From assembly GCA_035707845.1 (NCBI GenBank), contig DASSTP010000143.1, forward strand, positions 1-33,556: a stretch of DNA of 33,556 bases. The letters run 5' to 3'. This document shows positions 24,476 to 31,942 of the stretch, piece after piece. Source of the DNA: Gemmatimonadales bacterium (GTDB taxonomy: Bacteria > Gemmatimonadota > Gemmatimonadetes > Gemmatimonadales > GWC2-71-9). Under the pieces are notes generated by a model. That model was not told the origin of the DNA. It searched no databases and was given only the letters and a program-made list of their open reading frames with translations. The translations under genes and the position numbers were made by a program. Numbering within the stretch: position 1 is the first letter of the stretch; every line of letters begins with the position of its first letter.

Positions 24476-25476
24476 ATCAGTTCCAGCAACAACGCCCGCT
24501 GCACATGCAACCGGTTTTCCGCCTCGTCCACCACGACCGAGTGGGGGCCGTCGAGCACCGCGTCATCGATCTCCACGTTGCGGCGGACCGGGAGACAGTG
24601 CATCACGATGCCGGCGCCGGCACGGGTCGCCTGCTGGCGCTCGGCGGTCATCCGCCAGTGCCGGTACGGTTCACGCAGGACGCCCTCGGCCTCCGGCCGC
24701 CCGAACGCGTTGAGGGCGCCCCAGGACTTCACGTAGACGGCGTCCGCGTCTGCCAGCGCGACATCGAGGTCTTCCGATTCCGTCACGGAACCGCCGGCAT
24801 CCGCGGCGCAACGTGCGATTGTCGCCATGTCGTCCGGATCGAGCGCATAGCCAGGTGGCCGGGCAATCACCACGTCCATGCCCATCATCGCGCCGGCGAC
24901 GGCGGCGCTCGCGGGCACCGCAGTCGGCAGTGGCTTGGGATGCCAGGCCCAGGCGAGCACGAATTTCTTCCGACGAGTGTCACCCAGCTTTTCACGGAGC
25001 GTCATCGCGTCGGCCAGGCCCTGGCAGGGATGCCGCCGTGTGCTCTCCATGTTGATGACCGGCTTGGACGAGTAGCGGGCAAAGTCCCGGATGATCCGGT
25101 CCTCACGCGCCACGTCCCATGTCCCGCCCTTGGGAAAGGCACGCACGGCGAGCGCGTCGGCATAGCGCGAGAGGACCCGCGCCGCCTCGATGACGTGCTC
25201 CACCGAGGTCCCGTCCATCACCACGCCGTGCTCGGTCTCGAGCGTCCAGCTTCCCTTGCCGGGCTCGAGGATGAGGGCGTGTCCGCCGTGCAGGAACATC
25301 CCGGTCTCGAAGCTCGACCGGGTGCGGAGGCTCGGGTCCATGAAGATGGCCGCCAGCACCTTGCGCTCGAGGCCGCCGGTGACCTCTCCCTGCTTGATGC
25401 GCGCGGCCAGCGCCAGCAATTGCTCGACGCCGTCCCGCCCCCAGTCTTCCATGGCGAGAAAATCGCGGCCGCTCAC
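24469..25476 (-). CDS. argF': N-acyl-L-ornithine carbamoyltransferase (AOTCase/SOTCase type, not a canonical OTCase), 335 aa
   Basis: ORF 24469..25476 (GTG start overlapping the argD stop as GTGA). Carbamoyl-phosphate motifs are SLRTRSSFE and HPCQGLAD. The OTCase D-x-x-x-S-M-G ornithine loop is replaced by VYVKSWGAL. MHCLPVRRN, WTLETEHGVVMDG and ENRLHVQ match the acyl-ornithine transcarbamylases of Xanthomonas and Bacteroides as I remember them. Confidence 0.8.
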   Translation of the reverse strand: MSGRDFLAMEDWGRDGVEQLLALAARIKQGEVTGGLERKVLAAIFMDPSLRTRSSFETGMFLHGGHALILEPGKGSWTLETEHGVVMDGTSVEHVIEAARVLSRYADALAVRAFPKGGTWDVAREDRIIRDFARYSSKPVINMESTRRHPCQGLADAMTLREKLGDTRRKKFVLAWAWHPKPLPTAVPASAAVAGAMMGMDVVIARPPGYALDPDDMATIARCAADAGGSVTESEDLDVALADADAVYVKSWGALNAFGRPEAEGVLREPYRHWRMTAERQQATRAGAGIVMHCLPVRRNVEIDDAVLDGPHSVVVDEAENRLHVQRALLLELMA

Positions 25477-26621
25477 GCAATCACCTCCACCAGCGCCGCG
25501 ATGAGCCTGTCGGCCTCGGCCACCGAGAACGAAAGCGGCGGCATGAGCCGCAGGACGCTGGGATCGGTGGAGGTGCCGGTGAGGATACGCCGCTCGAAGA
25601 GCGCGCGCTGCACCTCCACGGCCGGCCGGTCGAGACGCAGGCCCAGCAGGAGCCCTCTGCCCTGCACTGCCTGGACGCCGGCGCGCCAGGCACCATCACG
25701 AAGGCGCTGGCCCACTACCCGCACATTCTGGAGCAGCGATTCATCGTCCATGACCTGCAGCGTGGCGAGCGCGGCAGCGCACGGCACCGGTCCCCCGCCG
25801 AAGGTGCTGCCGAGATCGCCGACTTTCACCTGCGCGGCGATGGCATCGCTGGCGACGGTGGCGCTGATCGGCAGGCCCGACCCCAGTCCCTTGGCCATGG
25901 TGATCAGGTCGGGAACGACGCCGCAGGCTTCTGCCGCGGTGAAGCGGCCGCTGCGGCCCACCCCGCACTGGATCTCATCGAAGATCAGCATGGCGCCATG
26001 CGCCGCCGTGACGCGACGGGTGGCCTGCAGGAACTCGAGCGAGCAGTCGCGCGCGCCCATCATCCCCTGCACCGGCTCCACGATCAGCGCGGCCACGGTA
26101 TCATCAATCAGCCGCTCCAGCGCGGCGACGTCGTTGAACGGCACCTTGGCCGAGAGCGGCATCCCGGCGCGCCGCGCGCCTGCTTCGTACTTCTCGCCGT
26201 CGGTAACCGAAAGACAGGCCACCGTGCGGCCGTGCCAGCCGCCCGAGACGGAGACGATCCGCTGGCGCCCCGTCACCTTCCGCGCCAGCATCATGGCATT
26301 CTCGTTGGCTTCGGCGCCCGAATTGGCAAAGAAGACGTGCGAGAGCGGCGCCGGCATCCGCCGGACCAGCTCCACGGCCAGGCGCTCGCGATTGGGATGC
26401 GGCAGGACGGTGGAGTAGAAGAGGAGCGCCGCCGCCTGCTCGCTGATGGCACGCACCACGGCCGGGTGGCTGTGCCCGGTGGCCGCCACGGCGTGGCCGC
26501 CGTAGGCATCGAGCCAGCGGTTGCCGTCGTCATCCACGATCCACGATCCGCGCCCCGAGACCGGCTTCACCGGCATCTGCGCATAGACCGGCAGCAGCGC
26601 ATCAGCAGTGCGGTTCAGCAT
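25473..26621 (-). CDS. argD: N-acyl-ornithine aminotransferase, class III PLP enzyme (382 aa)
   Basis: Internal ATG 26621 of ORF 25473..26999; upstream of it the frame overlaps argC. Motifs: FANSGAEANE, IFDEIQCGVGRSG, and the PLP-lysine region LITMAKGLGSG. Confidence 0.9.
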   Translation of the reverse strand: MLNRTADALLPVYAQMPVKPVSGRGSWIVDDDGNRWLDAYGGHAVAATGHSHPAVVRAISEQAAALLFYSTVLPHPNRERLAVELVRRMPAPLSHVFFANSGAEANENAMMLARKVTGRQRIVSVSGGWHGRTVACLSVTDGEKYEAGARRAGMPLSAKVPFNDVAALERLIDDTVAALIVEPVQGMMGARDCSLEFLQATRRVTAAHGAMLIFDEIQCGVGRSGRFTAAEACGVVPDLITMAKGLGSGLPISATVASDAIAAQVKVGDLGSTFGGGPVPCAAALATLQVMDDESLLQNVRVVGQRLRDGAWRAGVQAVQGRGLLLGLRLDRPAVEVQRALFERRILTGTSTDPSVLRLMPPLSFSVAEADRLIAALVEVIA

Positions 26622-27664
26622 GGATGGATTCCTACCGCCTCGAGTCCCGCCGTCTCGTCGAGTCCCAGCGCGATGTTCATGGCCTGGATCGCCTGGCCGC
26701 CGGCACCCTTGACCAGGTTGTCCTCCGCCACGATGACCTGCAGCTCGCGGCCGTCCTCGGTCATCGCCGCATGGATGAAGGCGTAGTTGGTGCCCACCGC
26801 CTGGGTCAGGTCGGGCGCGTGATCCATGATGCGGACGAAGGGACGCCCGGCGTAGGCATTGCGATAGAGCGCCGCGGCCCCATTCGCGAGCGCCGCTTCC
26901 GGCTCGGAGAGCCGCACGTGCATCGTGAGATAGATCCCCCGCACGAACGGCCCGCCATGCACCATCAGCCGGGCGTGGGCCTCTTCCCGTCCGGTCCATG
27001 CGCGCCAGCTGGCCAGCACCTCGGCCTCATGGCGGTGGCCCAGCACCGAGTACGCGAACACGTTGTTGGCGCGCGCGGGATGATGCGTGGTGGGACGCGG
27101 ATGCACGCCTGCGCCGCTGGAGCCGGTGATGGCAAAGAGCGTGGGCTCGCAGGTCATGCCCGCCTTGGCGATGGGCCAGAGCGCCAGCTGCGCCGCGGTG
27201 GCAAAGCAGCCCGGCGCCGCGATCGCGGTGGCGCCCTTGAGGCGCTTGCCCACCACGTCAGCGAGTCCGTAGGCAAACCGGTGCACATAGTCCGGCGACG
27301 GATGCGCGCCATAGAACTGCTCGTAGAGCCGGGGCGACTGGATCCGGAAATCGGCGGCGAGATCCACGATCAGCCCGGGGCCGGCGGCAAAGATCTCGCC
27401 GATCATCCTGGACGACTCGCCATGCTCCAGCGCCAGGAACAGCACGTCCCGTCCCGCCGCCGCTTCGCCCGGCGTGAGCCCGGCAAAGCGCGCATCTGTA
27501 AGCGGCGCGAGGCCCGGATGCACCTCGGCAATCGGCTTCCCCGCCTGGCTTCGGCTGGTGGCGATCACCTCGCTCACGTGCGGATGCTGCAGCAGGAGGC
27601 GCAGCAGCTCACCACCGGCATAGCCGGCCGCGCCGACCACGGCCACCCGAAGTCCCTCGGTCAT
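26615..27664 (-). CDS. argC: N-acyl-gamma-glutamyl-phosphate reductase (349 aa)
   Basis: Internal ATG 27664 of ORF 26615..28258, overlapping the stop of gene X as ATGA. It has the NAD motif VAVVGAAGYAGGELLRLL and the catalytic-Cys region IAAPGCFATA. Confidence 0.9.
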   Translation of the reverse strand: MTEGLRVAVVGAAGYAGGELLRLLLQHPHVSEVIATSRSQAGKPIAEVHPGLAPLTDARFAGLTPGEAAAGRDVLFLALEHGESSRMIGEIFAAGPGLIVDLAADFRIQSPRLYEQFYGAHPSPDYVHRFAYGLADVVGKRLKGATAIAAPGCFATAAQLALWPIAKAGMTCEPTLFAITGSSGAGVHPRPTTHHPARANNVFAYSVLGHRHEAEVLASWRAWTGREEAHARLMVHGGPFVRGIYLTMHVRLSEPEAALANGAAALYRNAYAGRPFVRIMDHAPDLTQAVGTNYAFIHAAMTEDGRELQVIVAEDNLVKGAGGQAIQAMNIALGLDETAGLEAVGIHPC

Positions 27665-28755
27665 GCGCCGGCGCCCACTGCGGCCGGCTCGCGCGCGGCC
27701 ATCCACGCGTCCAGGCTCCCCCGCACCGCGGCCAGCAGCCCGTCCGCGTCGCGCCGCGCATTGTGGGCCGGCAGGCCCAGCGCGGCACGGATGTAACTCC
27801 GGCCCACATCGTTGTCGGTCGCGGGTCCCGTGATGACGGTGACCGGCAGGCCGAACTGCGATCGCATGAGTTCCACCGCGCCCCAGCACGCCACCGGATC
27901 GGGCGCGGCCATGACCCACGCCGCGCCCGCACCGGCGAGCTCCGGATCGGCAAGGATATCCTGCACCCCGTATTCGCCCAGGATGCCGTCGCCCAGTTCG
28001 GCGACGATCAGGTCGGGCCGGGAGGCGGCAAGCCGGTTGAACAGGCCCTTGGCGGTGGCGACGGTGATGCCCGGATGGGTGCTGGCAATCCCGACGTCGT
28101 TGAACGTGAGCGCCGCCGTGGCGCCCGCATCCTGCATCGAGAGCGCGTCGCGCATGAGCGAGACGCCGGTGAGCTTGGCGGCGCCCACCTTGAGCCCGCT
28201 GCGCGCCAGCCCGCGCACCAGCTCGGTGGCGGCCACTGTCTTGCCCGCATTCATGCACGTCCCCGCGACGTACACCACCGGCATCCTGCTTTCCAGCCGG
28301 TCGGCCGGTGGCACGGCGTGATCGCGGATGTGCGCCGGCCGGCCGATGCGATCACCCAGCGCCGGGAAAGTGAGCACGGCACCCAGCACCTCGGCGTCGA
28401 ACGGCGGACCGATATCGGGATTCTCCGAGGTGCAGTGCCCCAGGATGCCGCCCAGGTTGAGCACCTGGATCACGTCACCCACCGCAATGTGCCTCGGTAC
28501 CTCACCCGCATAGCCGCGGAGCGCGCGCCGCGCGCCCAGCACGCCGGCCAGCACGTCACCCGCGCGCAGGGACACCATGCGTCCGGCCAGGTCCTCCACC
28601 GTGTTGTAGCTCGACTTGTCGGTGAGGATGCGGACGGCCAGCACGTAGCCCTCCTGCGCCACGATCTCGTCGCCCACGATCACCTCGGGCGTGAGCTCCG
28701 CGTTCCGCGTGCTGGAGGCAATGCGGTCCAGCCGCACCCGCGTCGTTACGACCAT
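27661..28755 (-). CDS. Uncharacterised 364-aa protein: N-terminal ~150-aa beta-rich domain + P-loop-like domain (GTCMNAGKT), embedded in the arg operon
   Basis: ORF 27661..28755 (ATG). It overlaps argG by 10 nt and argC by 4 nt, and its GC3 bias matches its neighbours. The Walker-A-like VYVAGTCMNAGKTVAATELV is at codons 28237-28263. Later blocks are AAKLTGVS, VAELGDGILGEYG and VMAAPDP. It matches no arg enzyme I know. Confidence 0.8.
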   Translation of the reverse strand: MVVTTRVRLDRIASSTRNAELTPEVIVGDEIVAQEGYVLAVRILTDKSSYNTVEDLAGRMVSLRAGDVLAGVLGARRALRGYAGEVPRHIAVGDVIQVLNLGGILGHCTSENPDIGPPFDAEVLGAVLTFPALGDRIGRPAHIRDHAVPPADRLESRMPVVYVAGTCMNAGKTVAATELVRGLARSGLKVGAAKLTGVSLMRDALSMQDAGATAALTFNDVGIASTHPGITVATAKGLFNRLAASRPDLIVAELGDGILGEYGVQDILADPELAGAGAAWVMAAPDPVACWGAVELMRSQFGLPVTVITGPATDNDVGRSYIRAALGLPAHNARRDADGLLAAVRGSLDAWMAAREPAAVGAGA

Positions 28756-29963
28756 GATTCGCCTCCTGCAGCGTGCTCCGCTGCCCGTACCGCAAGCAGC
28801 GATGGAATGGCGGCCACCCGCGCAAAGTCGCGGGCTTCCTCACCGGTCCAGAGCCGGTTCTCCTCGCCATAGGTGGCGACGGCCGGATCCATCATCGAGA
28901 ACGGACTCCGCGCGCCCACCACCTGGAAGCGCCCGGGCCAGAGCCGCACGCGCGTCTCGCCAGTCACCCGCTGCTGCGAACTGCTGATCATCGCCTCGAT
29001 GTCCCGCAACGCCGGATCGAAATAGTGCCCTTCATGCAGGCGGTCGCCGTAGAAGCGGCCCAGTTGATCCTTCCAGAATGTCTGCCAGCGGGTGAGCACC
29101 AGCTTCTCGAGCTCGCGATGCGCACCGATGAGCATGAGCGCGGACCCCGCCTCGAAACCGATGCGCCCCTTGATGCCGAGCGCCGTTTCGCCCACGTGGA
29201 TGGCGCGGCCAATTCCATAGGATTCGGCGATCTCGCCCAGGCGATCCACCAGGTCGGCGCCGGTGAGCGCGGCGCCGCCGAGCGAGACCGGCGTGCCCGT
29301 CTCCCATCCGATCACGAGCTCCGCTGGCGCCGGCGCGTCAGCCGGCGGCTCGATCAGCTCGGCGGGCGGGCCGGCCCAGGTGTCGTGGGTCCAGCCACCG
29401 CCCCAGGTGGTGCCCCAGAGGCCGCGATTGATGGAATAGGCCGACGCCTTGGCGGGAACCGGAAGATTGCGGGCCTGGAGATAGGCGATCGACTGGTCAC
29501 GCGTCACGCCCTTCTCGCGGATGGGCGTGATGATGCCGAGCTCGGGCGCCAGCACCCGCAGGGCGATATCGAAGCGGATCTGGTCATTGCCCGCGCCGGT
29601 GGATCCGTGCGCCACCGCCGCCGCGCCGATCTGGCGCGCGACGTCAATGACCGAGATGGCCTGCTGGGTGCGCTCGGCGGCGACCGAAAGCGGATAGACC
29701 TCGCCCCGCAGCACGTTGCCCTGGATCAGGAAGCGCACGAAGCGGTCGAATACCGCAGCGCGGGCGTCCACCTCATGATGCTCCGCGGCGCCGACGGCCA
29801 TGGCCTGGCGGCGGATGGCCTCGCGCTCAGCGGCCGACGAGCCGCCGGTGTTGACGAAGACGGTGTGGACGTCGTGGCCCGCGTCGCGGAGGACGGGAAC
29901 GCAGTAGGAGGTATCGAGCCCGCCCGAGAAGGCCAGGGCGACGGTGGGACGCTTGGTGTGCAT
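28746..29963 (-). CDS. argG: Argininosuccinate synthase (405 aa)
   Basis: Internal ATG 29963 of ORF 28746..29999. Motifs: the ATP pyrophosphatase motif ALAFSGGLDTS, plus AHGSTGAGNDQIRF and GRIGFEAG. Confidence 0.95.
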   Translation of the reverse strand: MHTKRPTVALAFSGGLDTSYCVPVLRDAGHDVHTVFVNTGGSSAAEREAIRRQAMAVGAAEHHEVDARAAVFDRFVRFLIQGNVLRGEVYPLSVAAERTQQAISVIDVARQIGAAAVAHGSTGAGNDQIRFDIALRVLAPELGIITPIREKGVTRDQSIAYLQARNLPVPAKASAYSINRGLWGTTWGGGWTHDTWAGPPAELIEPPADAPAPAELVIGWETGTPVSLGGAALTGADLVDRLGEIAESYGIGRAIHVGETALGIKGRIGFEAGSALMLIGAHRELEKLVLTRWQTFWKDQLGRFYGDRLHEGHYFDPALRDIEAMISSSQQRVTGETRVRLWPGRFQVVGARSPFSMMDPAVATYGEENRLWTGEEARDFARVAAIPSLLAVRAAEHAAGGESWS

Positions 29964-29979
29964 AATGCATAAATATGCA
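29959..29979. promoter_or_regulatory. Candidate ARG-box operator: overlapping palindromes TGCATAATGCA (29959-29969) and TGCATAAATATGCA (29966-29979)
   Basis: This is the only strongly AT-rich patch in the region. The arms TGCATA/TATGCA are perfect around AA, and TGCAT/ATGCA are perfect around A. It overlaps the argG start codon (29961-29963), and an argR gene closes the same operon. TGCAT-containing ARG boxes are known in other lineages. Confidence 0.55.
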
Positions 29980-29999
29980 GAACGGCCGCCTGGCGTCAA
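29970..29999 (-). promoter_or_regulatory. Possible sigma70-like promoter of the arg operon (TTGACG - 18 nt - TATTTA), 6 nt before the argG ATG
   Basis: The minus strand reads TTGACG (29999-29994), an 18-nt spacer, TATTTA (29975-29970), TGCATT, then ATG (29963-29961). Caveat: the TTGACG lies inside the 13-mer GGCGCTTGACGCC, which also occurs at 13412-13424 where no promoter is expected. Confidence 0.3.
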
Positions 30000-30010
30000 G
30001 CGCCGAGCGC

Positions 30011-31942
30011 TTACCGCTCGACGCTCGACGCAACACCCAACCAGTCCAGGACCGCACCCCTCGCATCGGTCGTCCGCCGAACGCCCGTGCGCCCCGCCTG
30101 CACCCCAGCGCCCCAGGCGCAGAGCACCGTCGCCATGTCCGGATCGATCGAGGGGAATCCATGGTTGCCGTGCACGCCGGACGGCTCGACCACTGGTCCC
30201 GACGCGCGGCTATCGAGATCGTAGCCCGGCGCCACGCTGAAGTAGAGGTCGCCGCCCGCCGGTCCGCCTCGTCCCAGGGAATCGCCCCGGGCCACCCGCC
30301 AGGTCCGGGTCACGACCGGCTCACCATCGAGCCCGCGCACCGCGCGCAGGACTCGCTCCACCGAGTCGAGCACGGCGGCGGCATCCTCCGGCTTCACCAT
30401 GCCGTCACGCCAGCGAGTGCGGTTGAGCATGATGAAAAGTCCATCCCACGCCAGCGCGCGAGTGCCGCGCACATCCACCCGGCCACTGTCATCGGCCGCG
30501 AGGAGCCCTGCCTTGCGCAACGCGACATTCGGGTGAAAGACTCGCCAGAGCGGCCGCATGCCGTGGTCGCCGGCAACCCAGAGCCGGGCGGTGGAATCGC
30601 GGGCGACAAGATCCATCAGCGCGCCGAGGCGCAGGTCGGCCAACTGCCAGGCGCGTGCGCGGAAGGGCTGGATAGCCTGGCGCATCTCATCGCTGACGCC
30701 AGGCACTCCCTCGCTGGCAAAGCCGAGCCACCGGTGGTCGGCCTCGTCGATGCCGGGGTAGTAGTCGGCCTGCAGCCCTGGGCGGCGGGCATTCCATCCC
30801 CACGCGCTGCCGGCCATGAACGCCCGGGTCATGTTCTCCAGCCCATCGAGGTAGCGCCACTCGGCCTCGCCCGACCCGCCATCGGCGAGCGTGGGGCCAA
30901 ACGCGCCGCGATCGTAGAGCTCATCCGGCCCATTGCCGACCCAGCCATCGGTGGCGGCGTCGTACGCGTCGAGCACCTCCTCACGGTTGGCCTGCAGCGC
31001 GCTGAGTGCGGGGAGGAAGAGCATATAGCTGCTGGCATCGCCACCCAGCGCAAACAGACGCACCCGCACCCGCACCCGATGGCCACGCACGTGCACCGGG
31101 ATGCCGCGGGAGTAGTAGCGGGCCAGCGGACGATCAACCGGCGATGTGCGATCCGCCGGCATGGCCGGCACCAGCACGGCGCGCGCACCATCCCGCGCGG
31201 GGGCCACCGCAAGCCGAGTGTAGATCGAATCGCCGAGGAAAAGGCCGAACAGCGAATCCTCGCCTACCTGCCAGGCGATCTCGCGCGGCGGCAGCTCGCT
31301 GCCGAGCTTCTCGAGGTGCGTCCATGCGCCCATCACGTGTGGTGGCGCGCTGTCGGCGGTGAGCACCCGATCCGGCAGGAGGTGCTCGTCGTAACCGTTG
31401 ATCACCGCGAGGGATGGCAGGGCGAGCGCCTGCTCAGCGCGCGCGCGTGGACCGGATGCGGTTGGCGCACTGGTATCCGCCGGCGGATAGCCCGGCACGT
31501 CCGGCGACTGGGTGGTCTGGTGCGCCACGACGCGTCGCCCCGCCAGCGCGGCGGTAATCCAGATCGGCTCCGCGCGGAGCTGGGTGGCGCGATACCCGGT
31601 CGTGCCGTCCGTGATGCGGTGCAATTCCGAGGGGAGGAGCGGCACCCGGTTGGCAGTGATGCCGTTCGAGTCGCCGTACACGCCGGTCCAGAGCGAAGCA
31701 TGCGACGCCGCCGTCTTGCTGGGCCACGCTGGCAGCGCCCGGTCGGCGCACGCCCCGGCAGCGAAGAGCTGGCGGAAATGCGGGGTGGCCCAGGCCGGCA
31801 CTGTCTCGAGCATGCGGCGCTCGTTCATGGCATCGAAGCTCGCGAGCAGCGCCCGATGCGTGAGCGGTGCCGGCCTTGACGGCGCGGTACTATGGCAGGC
31901 GGTGAGCGCGATGGCTGCAAGCAGCCAGCGCGCCGTCACCAT
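30011..31942 (-). CDS. Nucleotide pyrophosphatase/phosphodiesterase (alkaline-phosphatase superfamily) lipoprotein, 643 aa
   Basis: Internal ATG 31942 of ORF 30011..32428 gives MVTARWLLAAIALTAC (lipobox). NPP motifs: WPSKTAASHASLWTGVYGDSNGITAN, VAGDHGM, GNHGF. The upstream part of the ORF overlaps the M42 gene. Confidence 0.8.
   Translation of the reverse strand: MVTARWLLAAIALTACHSTAPSRPAPLTHRALLASFDAMNERRMLETVPAWATPHFRQLFAAGACADRALPAWPSKTAASHASLWTGVYGDSNGITANRVPLLPSELHRITDGTTGYRATQLRAEPIWITAALAGRRVVAHQTTQSPDVPGYPPADTSAPTASGPRARAEQALALPSLAVINGYDEHLLPDRVLTADSAPPHVMGAWTHLEKLGSELPPREIAWQVGEDSLFGLFLGDSIYTRLAVAPARDGARAVLVPAMPADRTSPVDRPLARYYSRGIPVHVRGHRVRVRVRLFALGGDASSYMLFLPALSALQANREEVLDAYDAATDGWVGNGPDELYDRGAFGPTLADGGSGEAEWRYLDGLENMTRAFMAGSAWGWNARRPGLQADYYPGIDEADHRWLGFASEGVPGVSDEMRQAIQPFRARAWQLADLRLGALMDLVARDSTARLWVAGDHGMRPLWRVFHPNVALRKAGLLAADDSGRVDVRGTRALAWDGLFIMLNRTRWRDGMVKPEDAAAVLDSVERVLRAVRGLDGEPVVTRTWRVARGDSLGRGGPAGGDLYFSVAPGYDLDSRASGPVVEPSGVHGNHGFPSIDPDMATVLCAWGAGVQAGRTGVRRTTDARGAVLDWLGVASSVER

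Noticed and set aside
23233-26418. Very long ORFs antisense to or overlapping well-supported genes. Examples: 23233..26418 + (1061 aa), 1086..2828 -, 3012..4502 -, 5278..6546 -, 20590..22269 +, 22212..23549 +, 26624..27796 +, 27763..28872 +, 28773..29972 +, 29975..31879 +, 32014..33441 +.
   Set aside because: These are typical shadow ORFs of GC-rich DNA. Their translations are Arg/Gly/Pro/Ala-rich and show no motifs. The opposite or alternative frame carries unmistakable enzyme signatures and the expected third-position G/C bias.
28746-29999. Long N-terminal extensions offered by the ORF track: argG from 29999, argH from 22530, argD from 26999, argC from 28258, NPP from 32428, M42 from 33135, argR from 21083, PPIase from 14697, PiT from 7599.
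   Set aside because: Each extension overlaps the upstream gene or a repeat and adds non-homologous low-complexity residues. In every case an internal ATG gives the canonical family N-terminus or a signal peptide, and a short coupling overlap.
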